Positions 11,251 through 21,972 of a stretch of 64,000 bases of DNA are shown piece after piece. The position numbers were made by a program, and so were the translations under genes. Each line of letters begins with the position of its first letter. Position 1 is the first letter of the stretch. Origin of the DNA: Emiliania huxleyi CCMP1516 (Eukaryota); NCBI RefSeq assembly GCF_000372725.1, contig NW_005202237.1, forward strand, positions 372,001-436,000. The letters run 5' to 3'. Under the pieces are notes generated by a model. That model was not told the DNA's origin, searched no databases, and worked only from the letters and a program-made list of their open reading frames with translations.

Positions 11251-11921
11251 ATGTTCGCTTTGCGCGGCTTCCGCGCCTTCGCGAAAGCGGCGCCGGTGTG
11301 TTAGAGTTGTGGCCCAGCACAGCACACAGCCGGCACTCAAAGGCCGTCCTCACGCCACTCTACTCCTCATACCAGGCTGCGTCGGCTGCCGCCGTCTGCA
11401 CAGTGAAGGGCTCCGCCTCCGACTATATCGCGCAGACGCAGGTCGAGTCCACGGCTGGCGTGGACTGGCCGCGCAACGCCGCCTTCGCCGCCTTTTCTGG
11501 CCTCTACCTCGGTGTGGGGCAGCATCTGATCTACAACAGAGCATTTACGGTGCTGTTTGGGAGCGGCCAGGATCTGCGCACCGGACTGAAGAAGGTGCTC
11601 GCGGACAGCCTCGTGCACGTTCCGCTGATATACCTGCCGCTCTACTACCCCTTCAAGAGCGTAGTGCTCGGCGAGGGTAGTTTTCTCGACGGGCTAGCCC
11701 GCTACCGCGCCGACGCCCACGACGTGCTCACCACGTACTGGAGCATCTGGCCGGCGCTGCACCTGGTCAACTTCACGCTCACGCCGCCTGAGCTGCGAAT
11801 CAGCCTCGTTGCGGCCGTGAGCTTCGGTTGGCTCGTTTATTTGTCGTGGCGCTCGCACGCCGATGAGGAGGTGTCTGGCAGTGAGGAGCACACCACAGCT
11901 GCGCTGCATGGCGGTGGGTAG
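11251..11921 (+). CDS. Mpv17/PMP22 family membrane protein
   Basis: Motifs KGSASDYIAQ, DWPRNAAFAAF, KKVLADSLVHVPLIYLPLYY and YWSIWPALHLVNFTLTPPELR. Probable exon 1 is MFALRGFRAFAKAAP, followed by a GT-AG intron at 11296-11375. Confidence 0.85.
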
Positions 11922-12232
11922 GGCCCGGGTCCAAGCCGTTGTGAAATCGGCCTGGTGAAATGTCAAAAATGAGAGATGTTCTCATTTTAGGCTGTGTTAT
12001 CTTAAGTAAGGTTCGAACGACAGCCCAGCCCTTGTGGCCATCTCGCTGCATGGCCATATTGCATATCGGCATCGCACGCGCTTCACAACCGAACAAACCA
12101 AACACAACCGCGCCAGTGCGTGCATGTTTGTGTCCACACACAGACCCGCCGCCGGACCGCCCTCTCCACCACCCTCGCCCAGGGATCTACAATGCTGTCT
12201 CAAGGTCCGACCTGTGGGCTCCGGCCTGCGCT

Positions 12233-12299
12233 CGGCACCGGGCACCGCCTCGGTATACAAAATGCGCCTGCGGGCGGACCCTCACAGATCACAGATCAC
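12233..12299 (+). repeat. Dispersed repeat, about 67 bp, identical copy at 50644-50710
   Basis: CGGCACCGGGCACCGCCTCGGTATACAAAATGCGCCTGCGGGCGGACCCTCACAGATCACAGATCAC is present at both loci. Confidence 0.85.
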
Positions 12300-12571
12300 A
12301 CACAGACCCGCGAAAAACACACTGCTCACTGCACAGCCACACTGGCCTTTTACGGTTTTCAGGTGCCGGGAAGGGTGCTGGTATAAACACGTGCCAGTCC
12401 GCGCCTGTGTCGACCAACGAGCTTGTGAAGATCCAGTCCAACTTGTGAAGGACGAGTCGGTGCGTTTATGCACATGAAGGCTTCGCGCTACGCGCTCCTC
12501 GCGACGCAGCACGCGCGCGCGCAGCTCGCGTCGCCGGCGCGGAGCGCCTCTACGCCGCGCCCCCGCGACGA

Positions 12572-13152
12572 ATGTGGGGTGTGTATAGCCCGAAGACGCC
12601 TATGACGGTGGACGAGTTTCCGGGCTCGGTCCATTCGCTGGATGTGCTGGTCTTCACCTTGGTGCTTCTGGTGCTCGCGCACACCCGCGGCTCGCCATGG
12701 AAGCTTGCGCTCGCCGCCGCGTCGCTCGCGCTTGGCCTCCTGACCGAGCAGCTCAGCCTGCGGTTGGGAGGGACGCACTGCCACGCGAGTGGGATTGTCA
12801 ACGTCTCGACGTGCTCCTCGGCCAACTCGGTCTTCTGGTACATTCCGTGGGTCTACACGGGCGTGACTTGTGCCCGCCGCCTGACCGACGAACGCTCGTG
12901 GGCCTTTCCTCTGCTCAGCGGTATGCTCTTCTTCGGGCTGTGCGGAGTGTACGAAGCGCAGGGTCCGCTGGTGGGCTGGTGGCGCTGGCCGGCGGCCGAT
13001 GGCCTTGTCGCGTCTGGCTGCACCATCTGGCAGGCGGGGCCACTCGGGCTCGACGCGCGCGGCCTCGTTGCGTCACCGCACGTGATGGAGGCGCTCGGCG
13101 AGCGGCTCTTCGGCGTGCCGGTGATGGCGCCCTACTTCCACTTCGCCTTCGG
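12572..13152 (+). pseudogene. Multi-pass membrane protein (CruF/DUF422-like?) truncated at the 3' end
   Basis: Hydrophobic helices with GLLTEQLSLRLGGTHCH, YEAQGPLVGWWRW and FGVPVMAPYFHFAFG. The frame then runs into the antisense of a proline-rich gene. Confidence 0.5.
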
Positions 13153-13909
13153 CTGTGGCACGGGCATCGGCGATGGTCGCGGCTCTGGCGACGGCGATGG
13201 AAGAGGGATGGGGGAGGGAGGCGGCTCTGGCGGCGGATCTGGGGACGGTACTGGCGGTGGCTCTGTCGACGGAGCTGGAACTGCCGAGGGGGGCGGAGGC
13301 ACTGGCTCCGCTGGCGGAGATGGTGGCGGGCATGGAATCCTCCGATATAAGACATGGATGCGGTCGTCTATTCGGTCCTCGCAGTCTCCCGCTAGGCTAC
13401 CGTATCGACTGCAAGTGCGGCCGGGTAGCATCGCGGCGTAGTGACAGTTTGGCTCGGACAGGCACTTGGCCGTGCAGGCCTCCTCGGTGGCATCCGCTGC
13501 GACCCATCCCGCATAGTAGCCACGCCGGCAAAACCCGGTGCCCTCACGCTTCATGCCAGGGTTTCATTTTTGCTGCGCTGTATCCTGTAATCTCGCTGAC
13601 TAACACCGATACTAAACACCGAAAGAAAGACAACAGCGACGGAGAGGAGTGTGGGCAAGAGTTTTTGTGGAGTGTGGTGCTAGCCGTCGCCACCCTTGCT
13701 TGGGCGTCTGCCTCTTGAGGGAAGAGGCTGTGTGTCTGTGCCAGGTCTGTGCATGCATGCATGCATGCATGCATGCATGTGTGTGTGTGTGTGTGTGCGC
13801 GCGCGAGCCGCCCTGAACGCCACGAGCGCGCCGCGAGCGCCGTAGCGCCGCGAACGCCGGCGAGCGCCGTCGGCAGCGCGCGCACCGCCACCCAAAAGCG
13901 GAGGTACAT
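13153..13909 (-). pseudogene. Fragment of a Cys-rich PAN/apple-like module plus proline-rich stalk protein
   Basis: TEEACTAKCLSEPNCHYAAMLPGRTCSRY is followed by PPPSPP repeats. Upstream exon-like pieces are not in frame. Confidence 0.45.
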
Positions 13910-14079
13910 CAGGAGCCGCAGCCGGCCTGCTCTATCAACCCCGCAGCCGCGGTGGCGAGACCCGGACCGCGGTTCGCTCAGTTGATGAATTCTTTTGCGC
14001 AGTCCGCGCCAGTCCGCGCCCTTGTCGTGCCAGTGTGCTGTGAGAGAGGCTTGTATCTTCAGAATTCTTTTGCGCAGCG

Positions 14080-14577
14080 ATGTTGCTTTTCATCCAGCTC
14101 ACGATCTGCTTCGTCGCGCCGCCGCAGCTGCGGGACGCCAGAGCAGCCCGAACATTGCCACGCGTCGCGCCACCGCGTCTCGACTATTACGACGCCGACG
14201 GCAAGTTAGTCCGGACTGACGCCAGCGGACCTGGCGAGCGGCAGCGGCGCATTGACGAGGCGCTGGCGGCGGCGGATGCCAAGCTGGACGCGCTTGCGGA
14301 GACGGACAACATGCTACGCGCAAAGTCCATGGCTGAGCTCGGTAGCCCGCCGCCAGCGCCTGACTCTGCGCCCGAACTCGGAGGCGCGCTCGCTGCTGCG
14401 CCAAATATCTTGGGCGCCATCGCAGTGGGGCTCTTCCTCTTAAACGGCGTGGGCGTCTTCGGCGACGGCGGCGACTGGTTGGAGACCAAGGCCGCGTCCT
14501 TGACGGAGAAGGCGGAGAGCATGGGACAGGTTGAATACAAGTCGTCGAGGCAGATCGACTATAAGCCCAGCTTCTGA
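14080..14577 (+). CDS. Hypothetical protein, probable plastid-targeted single-TM protein
   Basis: ATG-started 165-aa ORF with a signal-like MLLFIQLTICFVAPP, an Arg-rich transit-like segment and the TM NILGAIAVGLFLLNGVGVFG. Confidence 0.6.
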   Translation: MLLFIQLTICFVAPPQLRDARAARTLPRVAPPRLDYYDADGKLVRTDASGPGERQRRIDEALAAADAKLDALAETDNMLRAKSMAELGSPPPAPDSAPELGGALAAAPNILGAIAVGLFLLNGVGVFGDGGDWLETKAASLTEKAESMGQVEYKSSRQIDYKPSF

Positions 14578-14696
14578 GCTCTAGAGTCTACGGGGTGTGG
14601 ACCGGGAGTTGACTAGGGGTTGTGCGCCGGGCCCTCCTGCTCGGCTCCAGCGAGTAGACAAGTGTTACCATCAACAGAGGAGAAGGATATGACCTC

Positions 14697-14956
14697 AGGG
14701 CTGATGTGACCAAGCGCTGGTAGCGTGGTTTTACCTCACACCCATGGTCTCACACAGTGTGCCGGCAGTCGCCGCGAGCAGTGTCGGCTGTCGCTACGCC
14801 CTCACACAAGCCGCAGCACAAGTGACTGAGGGCCAGTGAGGGCGAGCCCATCGCTGTGACAGCTGTGGCAGCCGCACAGTAGGCTGTGCCAACTGTGCGG
14901 AGCGTGTGAGCAGCAGAGGAGCTGCTCTCCAGGCTTCAGGCGCGCAAAGAGAGCTG
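14697..14956 (-). repeat. Dispersed repeat, inverted copy of 63756-64000
   Basis: Both copies translate GEQLLCCSHA.H.WHSLLCGCHSC.SDGLALTGPQSLVLRLV and share GTAAAACCACGCTACCAGCGCTTGGTCACATC. Confidence 0.85.
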
Positions 14957-15179
14957 TGCATGGCGCATGCCCTGGCCAGCCCGGTGCCCGCACCGAAGGG
15001 GCGCTGTGCCGCTGTCGAGGTTCGCCGAGCGCGGCGAAATCTCCGGGGGCACCGTCACCGACGAGCGCGTTGGACTTTTCACTCCTGCTCCACCGCGCCG
15101 ATGCATGCTTGTTGCTTCGATGGTATAAAAATGTAATTAAATTTAATACACATGCGAAGTTGCTGCATTGGACAGTCCT

Positions 15180-17453
15180 CTAGTACGGGCACGAGCCGCG
15201 CCGCGGTACCACCTTTATCGTCAGCGAGAGCTCTCTCCGCAGCTCCTCCGAATCTCGCGACTCATGCAGCTGCTGGCATGCTCCTCCTCCGCCGGCTTCT
15301 TGCAGCACGCCGCCAGGGGCGGTGGAACGCGACGCCACCTTTGCGCCGGTGCTCCGCCCGCGCGAGAGGCCGCGCGCGCCGATGCGGAAGAAGCCGGTGA
15401 TGCTGCCGCGCAGGCCGCGCGTCATCCGGCTGAGTGCGCGCTGCGAGCCGGACGGGACGCGCGACGAGATGAGCTCGATGGCCCTCCGGTCGGAGAGGCG
15501 GCGGTGCTCGAAGACCGTCTTCGCCCAACTGTTGAACTCGCCGAAGGAGCCCATGCTCGCCTCAATCACGGAGAGCATCGCCTCCCGGTCCTCCGGCTTG
15601 AAGCAGGTGGCTGTCTCGGCGTCGAAGGAGCGGAGCGCGCCGATGGAGCGCTCCAGCGAGCGCTTGCGCGCGTCCGTGCCCTGGCCGTCGACGAGCGGGA
15701 TGACGGAGATGCGGTCGAGCTGCGCTCCGCTCGTCATCTTTTGGAAGGTGAAGAGCTCGATCACGCACCAGAGCCGCGAGGGCCACGTCGGGCCCGCGAG
15801 GACGACCAGCTTGGCGCAGCCGGCGAGGAAGATGGGCAGGCAGGCGAGGCTCTCCGCCAGCTTGTCCTGGTCAATGCAGGCGCGGTCGAACCAAACGCGC
15901 GGCGGGCGGCCCGACTCCTTCTCAAAGTCGCTCGCCCAGCGGCAGAGGGCGTCCCACTTTGCGGTGGGTGAGTCGTGCCACGAGTGCGAGAGGAAGGCGT
16001 CGCACATCCCGAGCTCCGCCTTGTGCGAGTGGTCCTGCACCTGGCTCGGCCGCGAGAGGTCGAAGTCGGACGCGCGCAGCTTGTCGAAGGAGACGACGCG
16101 GAAGTTCTCCTCGGCAGAGGGGAGCAGCTGCGAGGTGGAGAGCTTGGCGTGCGAGCAAAGCCCGGCGACCACGGCCGCGCTCCGCTCCTCCGCCGTCGAG
16201 CCGAGTCGCGCCACCCACGCGAGGGCCGCGCCGCGCGCGCGCGGCGTCGTGACGGCCGACCAGAGGAGGGCACAGACCGAGTAGGAGATGATTGGGATGC
16301 CGTCGGGGTGCTGGAGGAGGTCGGTGGAGGTGGCGAACGGCCACCAGTCGGGCACCAGCTTCTGGTCCAGCAGCGCCGCCAGCGTGAAGTAGACTAGCAC
16401 CATCGCCCCGATCGCACCGTGCGCCAGGCGGCAGCCGAGCCAGATGCCCCGCCACGCGGCGCGAGGCCGCGTGCGAGAGACGTAGTAGGCGTGGTAGAAG
16501 ATCGGGCAAAAGGTGAGCGCGGCCAGGCCGCCGATGAAGAAGCAGATCCGCAGCGTCGGGTCGTCGAGCCCGGAGACGGAGGCGTAGAGGAGCAGGCCGG
16601 CGAGGGCAGAGGCGACGACGCTCGCAAACAAAGAGATGTACCGGATGACGGCGTGGTCCACGGGGCGGACCGCGAGACCGATGGACGAGACGCCGAGCAT
16701 CGCAAAGTGGAGCCACACGAAGCACGAGCCCGCCAGCCGTCGCGGCCACCACCCAAAGATGAACATGAGCGACGGCAAAAAGGCCCACGAAAGGACGATG
16801 ACGCCGACGGTGATCAGCAGCCCCTGGACGCGAGCACGCAGCGACCGGCCGACCCGGGTGGCGCTGCGCAGGCGCGCGGCGACGGAGAAGCGCGTCTTCC
16901 GGCTGCCGCCGCCGCTGGGAAGGCTGGCCTGGCTTCGTCGCTTCGACTCGCGAAGCCAGCGCAAGAAGGCGGTGAACAGCAGCGCAGACCAGAGCCCATT
17001 CGCAGCCAGGAAGATGGCCAGCTCTCGCCACGCCTCGCTCTCATAGTCTACGCCGCCGCTGCGCTCACAGAGGCACTGCCGCTCGCTAAGGCAGTCGACG
17101 GCGTGCCACCGGCCCCTTTGGTCGACGGTATTGCAGTCGCCATCGGACGGCTGACCCGGCGCCCAGTTGTCGTACTCCGTGCTGCACGCAGCGAGCCATG
17201 CGTCGCCGACGCGACCAGGCGCGTGCCGAAGCAGCTGCGAGACGCGATATGTCTCAATATCAGTGTCAATGCAGGCGAGAGTCGCGTTCTCCGCCACACA
17301 CGCCTCGTGGCAAGCCTCGCGCCCACCGACTTGCGAGAGGACAATATAGTCGCGATCGTCTCCGCCACCGGTCGAGAGCACCGGTGCGTCATCTCCGCCA
17401 CCGGTCGAGAGCACCGGTACAGCGATGCTGCCGAGGAGCAAGGGTGCCGCCAT
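15180..17453 (-). CDS. Putative receptor: signal peptide, C-type lectin-like domain, about 7 TM helices and a TIR-like domain; intronless, about 757 aa
   Basis: CTL-like ACHEACVAENATLACI...YDNWAPGQPSDGDC...GRWHAVDCLSERQCLCE, then seven hydrophobic segments, then TIR-like DAFLSHSWHD...VWFDRACIDQ...CAKLVVLAGPTWPSRLWCVIELFTF. Confidence 0.8.
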   Translation of the reverse strand: MAAPLLLGSIAVPVLSTGGGDDAPVLSTGGGDDRDYIVLSQVGGREACHEACVAENATLACIDTDIETYRVSQLLRHAPGRVGDAWLAACSTEYDNWAPGQPSDGDCNTVDQRGRWHAVDCLSERQCLCERSGGVDYESEAWRELAIFLAANGLWSALLFTAFLRWLRESKRRSQASLPSGGGSRKTRFSVAARLRSATRVGRSLRARVQGLLITVGVIVLSWAFLPSLMFIFGWWPRRLAGSCFVWLHFAMLGVSSIGLAVRPVDHAVIRYISLFASVVASALAGLLLYASVSGLDDPTLRICFFIGGLAALTFCPIFYHAYYVSRTRPRAAWRGIWLGCRLAHGAIGAMVLVYFTLAALLDQKLVPDWWPFATSTDLLQHPDGIPIISYSVCALLWSAVTTPRARGAALAWVARLGSTAEERSAAVVAGLCSHAKLSTSQLLPSAEENFRVVSFDKLRASDFDLSRPSQVQDHSHKAELGMCDAFLSHSWHDSPTAKWDALCRWASDFEKESGRPPRVWFDRACIDQDKLAESLACLPIFLAGCAKLVVLAGPTWPSRLWCVIELFTFQKMTSGAQLDRISVIPLVDGQGTDARKRSLERSIGALRSFDAETATCFKPEDREAMLSVIEASMGSFGEFNSWAKTVFEHRRLSDRRAIELISSRVPSGSQRALSRMTRGLRGSITGFFRIGARGLSRGRSTGAKVASRSTAPGGVLQEAGGGGACQQLHESRDSEELRRELSLTIKVVPRRGSCPY

Positions 17454-17664
17454 GCGGCAGCGGTAGAAGGCCTGGCAAGGGAATGCCGGCTGCACCTTCA
17501 CAAAAACACAAGCAGGGACCCAAGACGCACAAGCTCAGACAGTCGAGAAAGGGATAGACAGCATCGACAGTCAGAAGTCAGCGCTGGGTCCCAGGGCGAA
17601 TGCGATGACGGCCTCTAGTGTGAGCTCTAGCTATAGTGAGCTCATCGCTACCACCTTCACAGTA

Positions 17665-17747
17665 CCGTACTCGAGTAGGGTACCGAACTTAAAGTAGTTT
17701 GAGCTCCCTAACTCAAGCTACCTTACCTTAAGTTCGGTACCCTACGG
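17665..17747. mobile_element. Tiny Tc1/mariner (pogo-like) MITE or hairpin remnant
   Basis: Ends are TA|CCGTA and TACGG|TA. A perfect 17-bp inverted repeat TAGGGTACCGAACTTAA (17676) pairs with TTAAGTTCGGTACCCTA (ends 17744). Confidence 0.6.
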
Positions 17748-18357
17748 TAGGGTGATAAGAAACAATAACCACGCGGGCGACGACAGTGAGGGTGTGAGAG
17801 ACAGAGTGACAGACCCAGGGAAGGTCTTTCACTACCTTACAGCCCCTGCCTGCCTGAGCTCAGGCTCGACAGAGGTCGGTTTGAACATTGCGCTTAGCGT
17901 GTGGACCACTTGCTCGATGTCCCGCGTCGGCGTGTAGTTCGGGTCGTACAGGTACTCACCAGTCTCAGCGGCATTGCCATGGTACCGGTAGACCAAGCCC
18001 ACCTTGTACCGCAGTGCGGCGCAAGCCAGCATGTGCTCGCGCAGCTTTCACACAAAAACACAACCCCAGACCCAAGACGCACAAGCACCTTCACACAAAA
18101 ACACAACCCCGCACCCAAGACGCACAAGCAAGCACAGACAGTCGAGAAGGGAGAGACAGCAACGACAGTAAAAAAAAACGCGCGCCGCCGAGGAAGAAAA
18201 TAGGTTGCTGGCGAGAAACTGCGAAGAGAGATAGGAAGAAGCAGGCGCCCAAGGGTGGGCGACGGCTGCATCACACTCTCCTCCCTTAAATAAATCAATA
18301 AATCCCTGTGTGGTGGCGGCGTGCGTTCAGCGTTCTCCCATCCCCCGTTGCGCGTTG

Positions 18358-18610
18358 GAGAGAGAGATTTTTGAAGACCAACAAGAAATCACGACTGTCA
18401 CAGTGATTTGGGCTCGGCGCGTTGCCCCAGCTGAAGGCAGTGAACAAAGAATTTTGTGCGCCGGTGTACCTGTGTTAGTGCCAGTGCGCGCCAGTCCCGT
18501 GCCTAGTGTTGTGTGAAAAAAACGTTCCTGTCCAAATCCATCTTTTTTCCTGCAAGCAGCAAGCTGCATCCGCCATCCCTACCGAGCTTTCAACAACAAA
18601 ATCTCTCTCG
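18358..18610. repeat. Dispersed repeat / MITE-like element with GAGAGAGATTTT ends
   Basis: GAGAGAGATTTT...CAAGAAATCACG..TCACAGTGATTTGGGCTCGGC also occurs at about 20071-20160 and inverted at about 56580-56660. AAAATCTCTCTC occurs at 18598, 40747 and 44577. Confidence 0.65.
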
Positions 18611-19234
18611 AGAGCTTTTTAGAGTGGCAGCCTCCCTGGATGGTGCGAGAGAGACAAGAGGGGAAGAGGGGAGCGAGAGGGCCAAGAGCGCCAAGGGCGA
18701 GCCTTGTTTTTTGATTTTTTTTCAATAATGCGGGGTTAGGCATATAAAGTACCGCCGGCGCAGCGCCCAACGCGCAGCGGTGTCCCCCGCTTTGTGGTCG
18801 CCGTTCGTCGGGGCACCTGTGCAGTCAGGGCAGGTGGGGCGTGGGGGCGGGGCGGACAGCCCACGAGAGTCTATACCATGGGACCTCTCTATACCCAGTG
18901 TGGCAGGGATCGTCCCGGCTCCCGCGCGGGGGGGGGACCGCCGCGCGGGGCGGGTTGCGGCCTGCGGGGGGCGTGCGAGGCGTGCCGGTGGAGGCACGTC
19001 CGAAGTAAAGATATATCACTTTTTCCCTCAAATTGCGGGGTACATACTCGTACATGCCGCCAGACGTACGCCAGGAAAGCAAGGGAAATAGGGTGGTGGC
19101 AGTGGCAAGTATCGGCGCGGTGCCGGTGAGAGGACCAACCGCGGCGGCCGGCGCGATCCCCTTCTCGCGTCCCGTCTGGCGCACCCGCAGAGTGCGACGC
19201 ACCGTGCGTTGACGCTGCTCCTGCCCACGCATCC

Positions 19235-19724
19235 TCACGCGCCCTCCTCCGGCGCCCCCACCTCGACGGGCTCCCAGCTGCTGCCATCTGCCGGCAGAGG
19301 CGGCGGGTCGGGGTCGGTGGGCCGGGCGGCTTGCGCGCAGCGGCGTCGGGCGGGCATGTTTGGCGCCTTCCGTTCTGTAGACGAGGAAGATCTCCTGGTC
19401 GTTTTCGACCTGCGCCGCCCGCAGAGGCGCGCCGTCGGGGTCGGCAGCGGAGGCGGGTGGCGGCACTGCTAGGGTGCGACACTGCGTGGACGCTCGGCCT
19501 GGGAGCGGGCGCGCCTTTTGGTCGGCGAGGCTCTTCTTTTCGTCGAGCGGCACGTCGCCATTCTTGTCGAGGAAGAGCTTCATCTCGGCCGCGTCAACCT
19601 TGCTGATGGCGCTCAGCTTTTGGCGCAGGTCGGAGGCGGTGTCGGAGAGCTGGACGTACAGAAAGATGATGGTGTTTCGCCGCTTGACGCGGACGTAGTC
19701 CTGAGCCGAGGTGTCCTCGGCCAT
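19235..19724 (-). CDS. Elongin-B-like ubiquitin-like protein, 3 exons
   Basis: MAEDTSAQDYVRVKRRNTIIFLYVQLSDTASDLRQKL...LDEKKSLADQK | VENDQEIFLVYRTE | DGSSWEPVEVGAPEEGA*. The first intron (19410-19514) is GC-AG. Confidence 0.8.
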
Positions 19725-21972
19725 GGTGGCGACGGGGCGCTGCGCGCTGGGCGTTCGAGCGGGTCGCGCGGGGCACCGCCACCCCCAGGAGGCGAACCGC
19801 AACGACTACAGAAAAAAAGCGGCGGCCACGGCGGGGTGCGGGCTTTATCTGATACGCTCAACAGCACAAATGATCTCAGAAGTTTCATTCATTTGAGAGG
19901 ACCCTCTAGACTATAATCGAGTACTCTTGAGCACTTGAGCTGGCTGGATATAGGGAGTAGGGTCGATTCCGCATACTCGATCGATCGAGTAGAGGACCCT
20001 CTACTCGAGTATAGGCTATAGCTCTCGAGGACCCTCTGCGGCACGAGGACCCTCTACGCACTACGCTCTAGAGAGAGAGATTTTAGAAAACCAACAAGTA
20101 CAAGAAATCACGCCTCTCACAGTGATTTGGGCTCGGCAGCTTGTCAGCCCTCAGCCGAAGCTGGGGCCGGTCCCGTAGCCGAGAGAGCCCGCGCCGATGA
20201 GTACGCTCTACGGGAGGTGAATGTGGCGCTAACAAAACTTTGGCTCAGCTCTGACGCACCCGCGCTTCGGCCTTCGCCCACACAAGCAAGGCGGACATAA
20301 ATAAAGCGCCGCCCTGCAACGGGGGTGGGGGGGCACGTAGTGCGCCAGGGGTTCTAGGCGACGGTGGCGTCCTCCAACGCCGCGGCGAGCCTGAGCTCGG
20401 TCGCGATCTCATCCGCCGAAAAACATCCTTCTACAACAATTCGGAAACCTTTAGCGCCGCTCGACGACGCACACCGCCTCACCCAGCGTCTTTAAATTGC
20501 GTCACCGGTGCACTCCCACTCCGATGTGCGATGAGCCTCTTAACGGCGAGCCGTGCCTACTGACAATGGACGAACCGGCATACGTCGCGCTGGCGAGCTC
20601 TCTGGGCTTAAACGACATCGCCAACTTTCTCGTTGCCCTCGGCTCGGCCAGTGCGCGCATTCGCTACATTATCCAGCTCGTCATCGACCGGCGAGTCCAA
20701 CAGCACAAGCGCCTTCCACCTGTGGATCAAGATTCGGATCAAACAATTACAGGGTCGGAGAAGGTTGATGGCATCCGCTGCCTTTGGGAAGTGCGCAGTC
20801 GTAACAGCAACATAATTTATCCCCGGCAGGTTGCGAGCTTGTCGATGACGAGGCCATCGAGTAGGAGCACCGCCGTGACATGCCAAGCACCGCCCAAAAC
20901 GATGTCTTCGGCGTTGTTTACCGTCACGACGACTACCGAATCTGAAGTGTCTCCATTCCACCCATGCAGTCCCCGCAGGCACTCGGCGCGATCGTCGCCT
21001 CCTCGCTCATCCCAAAGCTGCCGATCGGCGCACGCTCCGACCCAATTCGACCTCCGGAATGAGCTGAGGAATGACCCATGCGCGATGGAACCTTCGCCAC
21101 GCGTGTTTTGCATTCGTGGATCGTCTCGCAGGCTGCACAGCGGCCGTTGACATGTGCTTCCAGCTTCCTGCTGCGACTTTGTTTCGGGGTCGGTCGGCTG
21201 CTAGCGAGCGTGCCTGGCCCAGAGACCACGGCCTGTCTGCCTGCTTCAGAGCTCGTGGGATGGCCTACGCAAGTCCCACACGCGCATAGAAGCGGTTGTC
21301 GTGCCGCCCCCAACCGAGGAGGAGGAGATGTCGGAGAAGTAGGGCGCTCCACCAAACCCTATTCGTCGGCAGAGCCTTGATTGAGCCGCAGCCCGCGATC
21401 GCGCGTCCGTTTTTATTTTCCATCATGGCGCACGCCCTGTGTGCTTCGCTGTGCTGCGCACCTGTGTTGTTTTGTGTTGTCCCGCCCGCCCGCCCGACGT
21501 TTGTGGTTCGTATGGTGTGCTTGTCCGTGTGTGCCTTCCTGCGTCATGATACACCACAACGCTCCCCCTTCCTTGCCCAATGGGCCCGCATGCAAAGCAA
21601 ACACTCATGACCGTGATCCGATCTCGCATGCACGGCACAGCGACGTTCGCAACCATCGGCGCAAACGCACACACTTCACAGCTCGCCGCATGGGACTCTC
21701 CTTGCGCCACATTGTGGACGCTCACGGCAACCACCCGACACTCACTTGTCGGACTGTACCGCCTCGCAAGGGGGCGCGCCTCGCAATCATCGGCCGCACC
21801 TCAGCCGGCCGCCAATCCGTGTCCCAGGACTGCAACGGCGGGCCTTCGCTACCCCCCCCTTACCCCTGCGGCTCTCGACGGAGGTTGTATGCGGGTACAC
21901 CGCCTGCAGCCCCGCCGCGAGAGGTCCACGTTGTCGTCAGAAGCCGTAGATGTCGTGCTGGAAGCTCCCAGC

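Noticed and set aside
17832..18032. 66-aa protein-like ORF between repeats
   Set aside because: It may be a gene fragment, but it is too short to assign, and it is flanked by duplicated CACAAAAACACAA/CCCAAGACGCACAAGC repeats.
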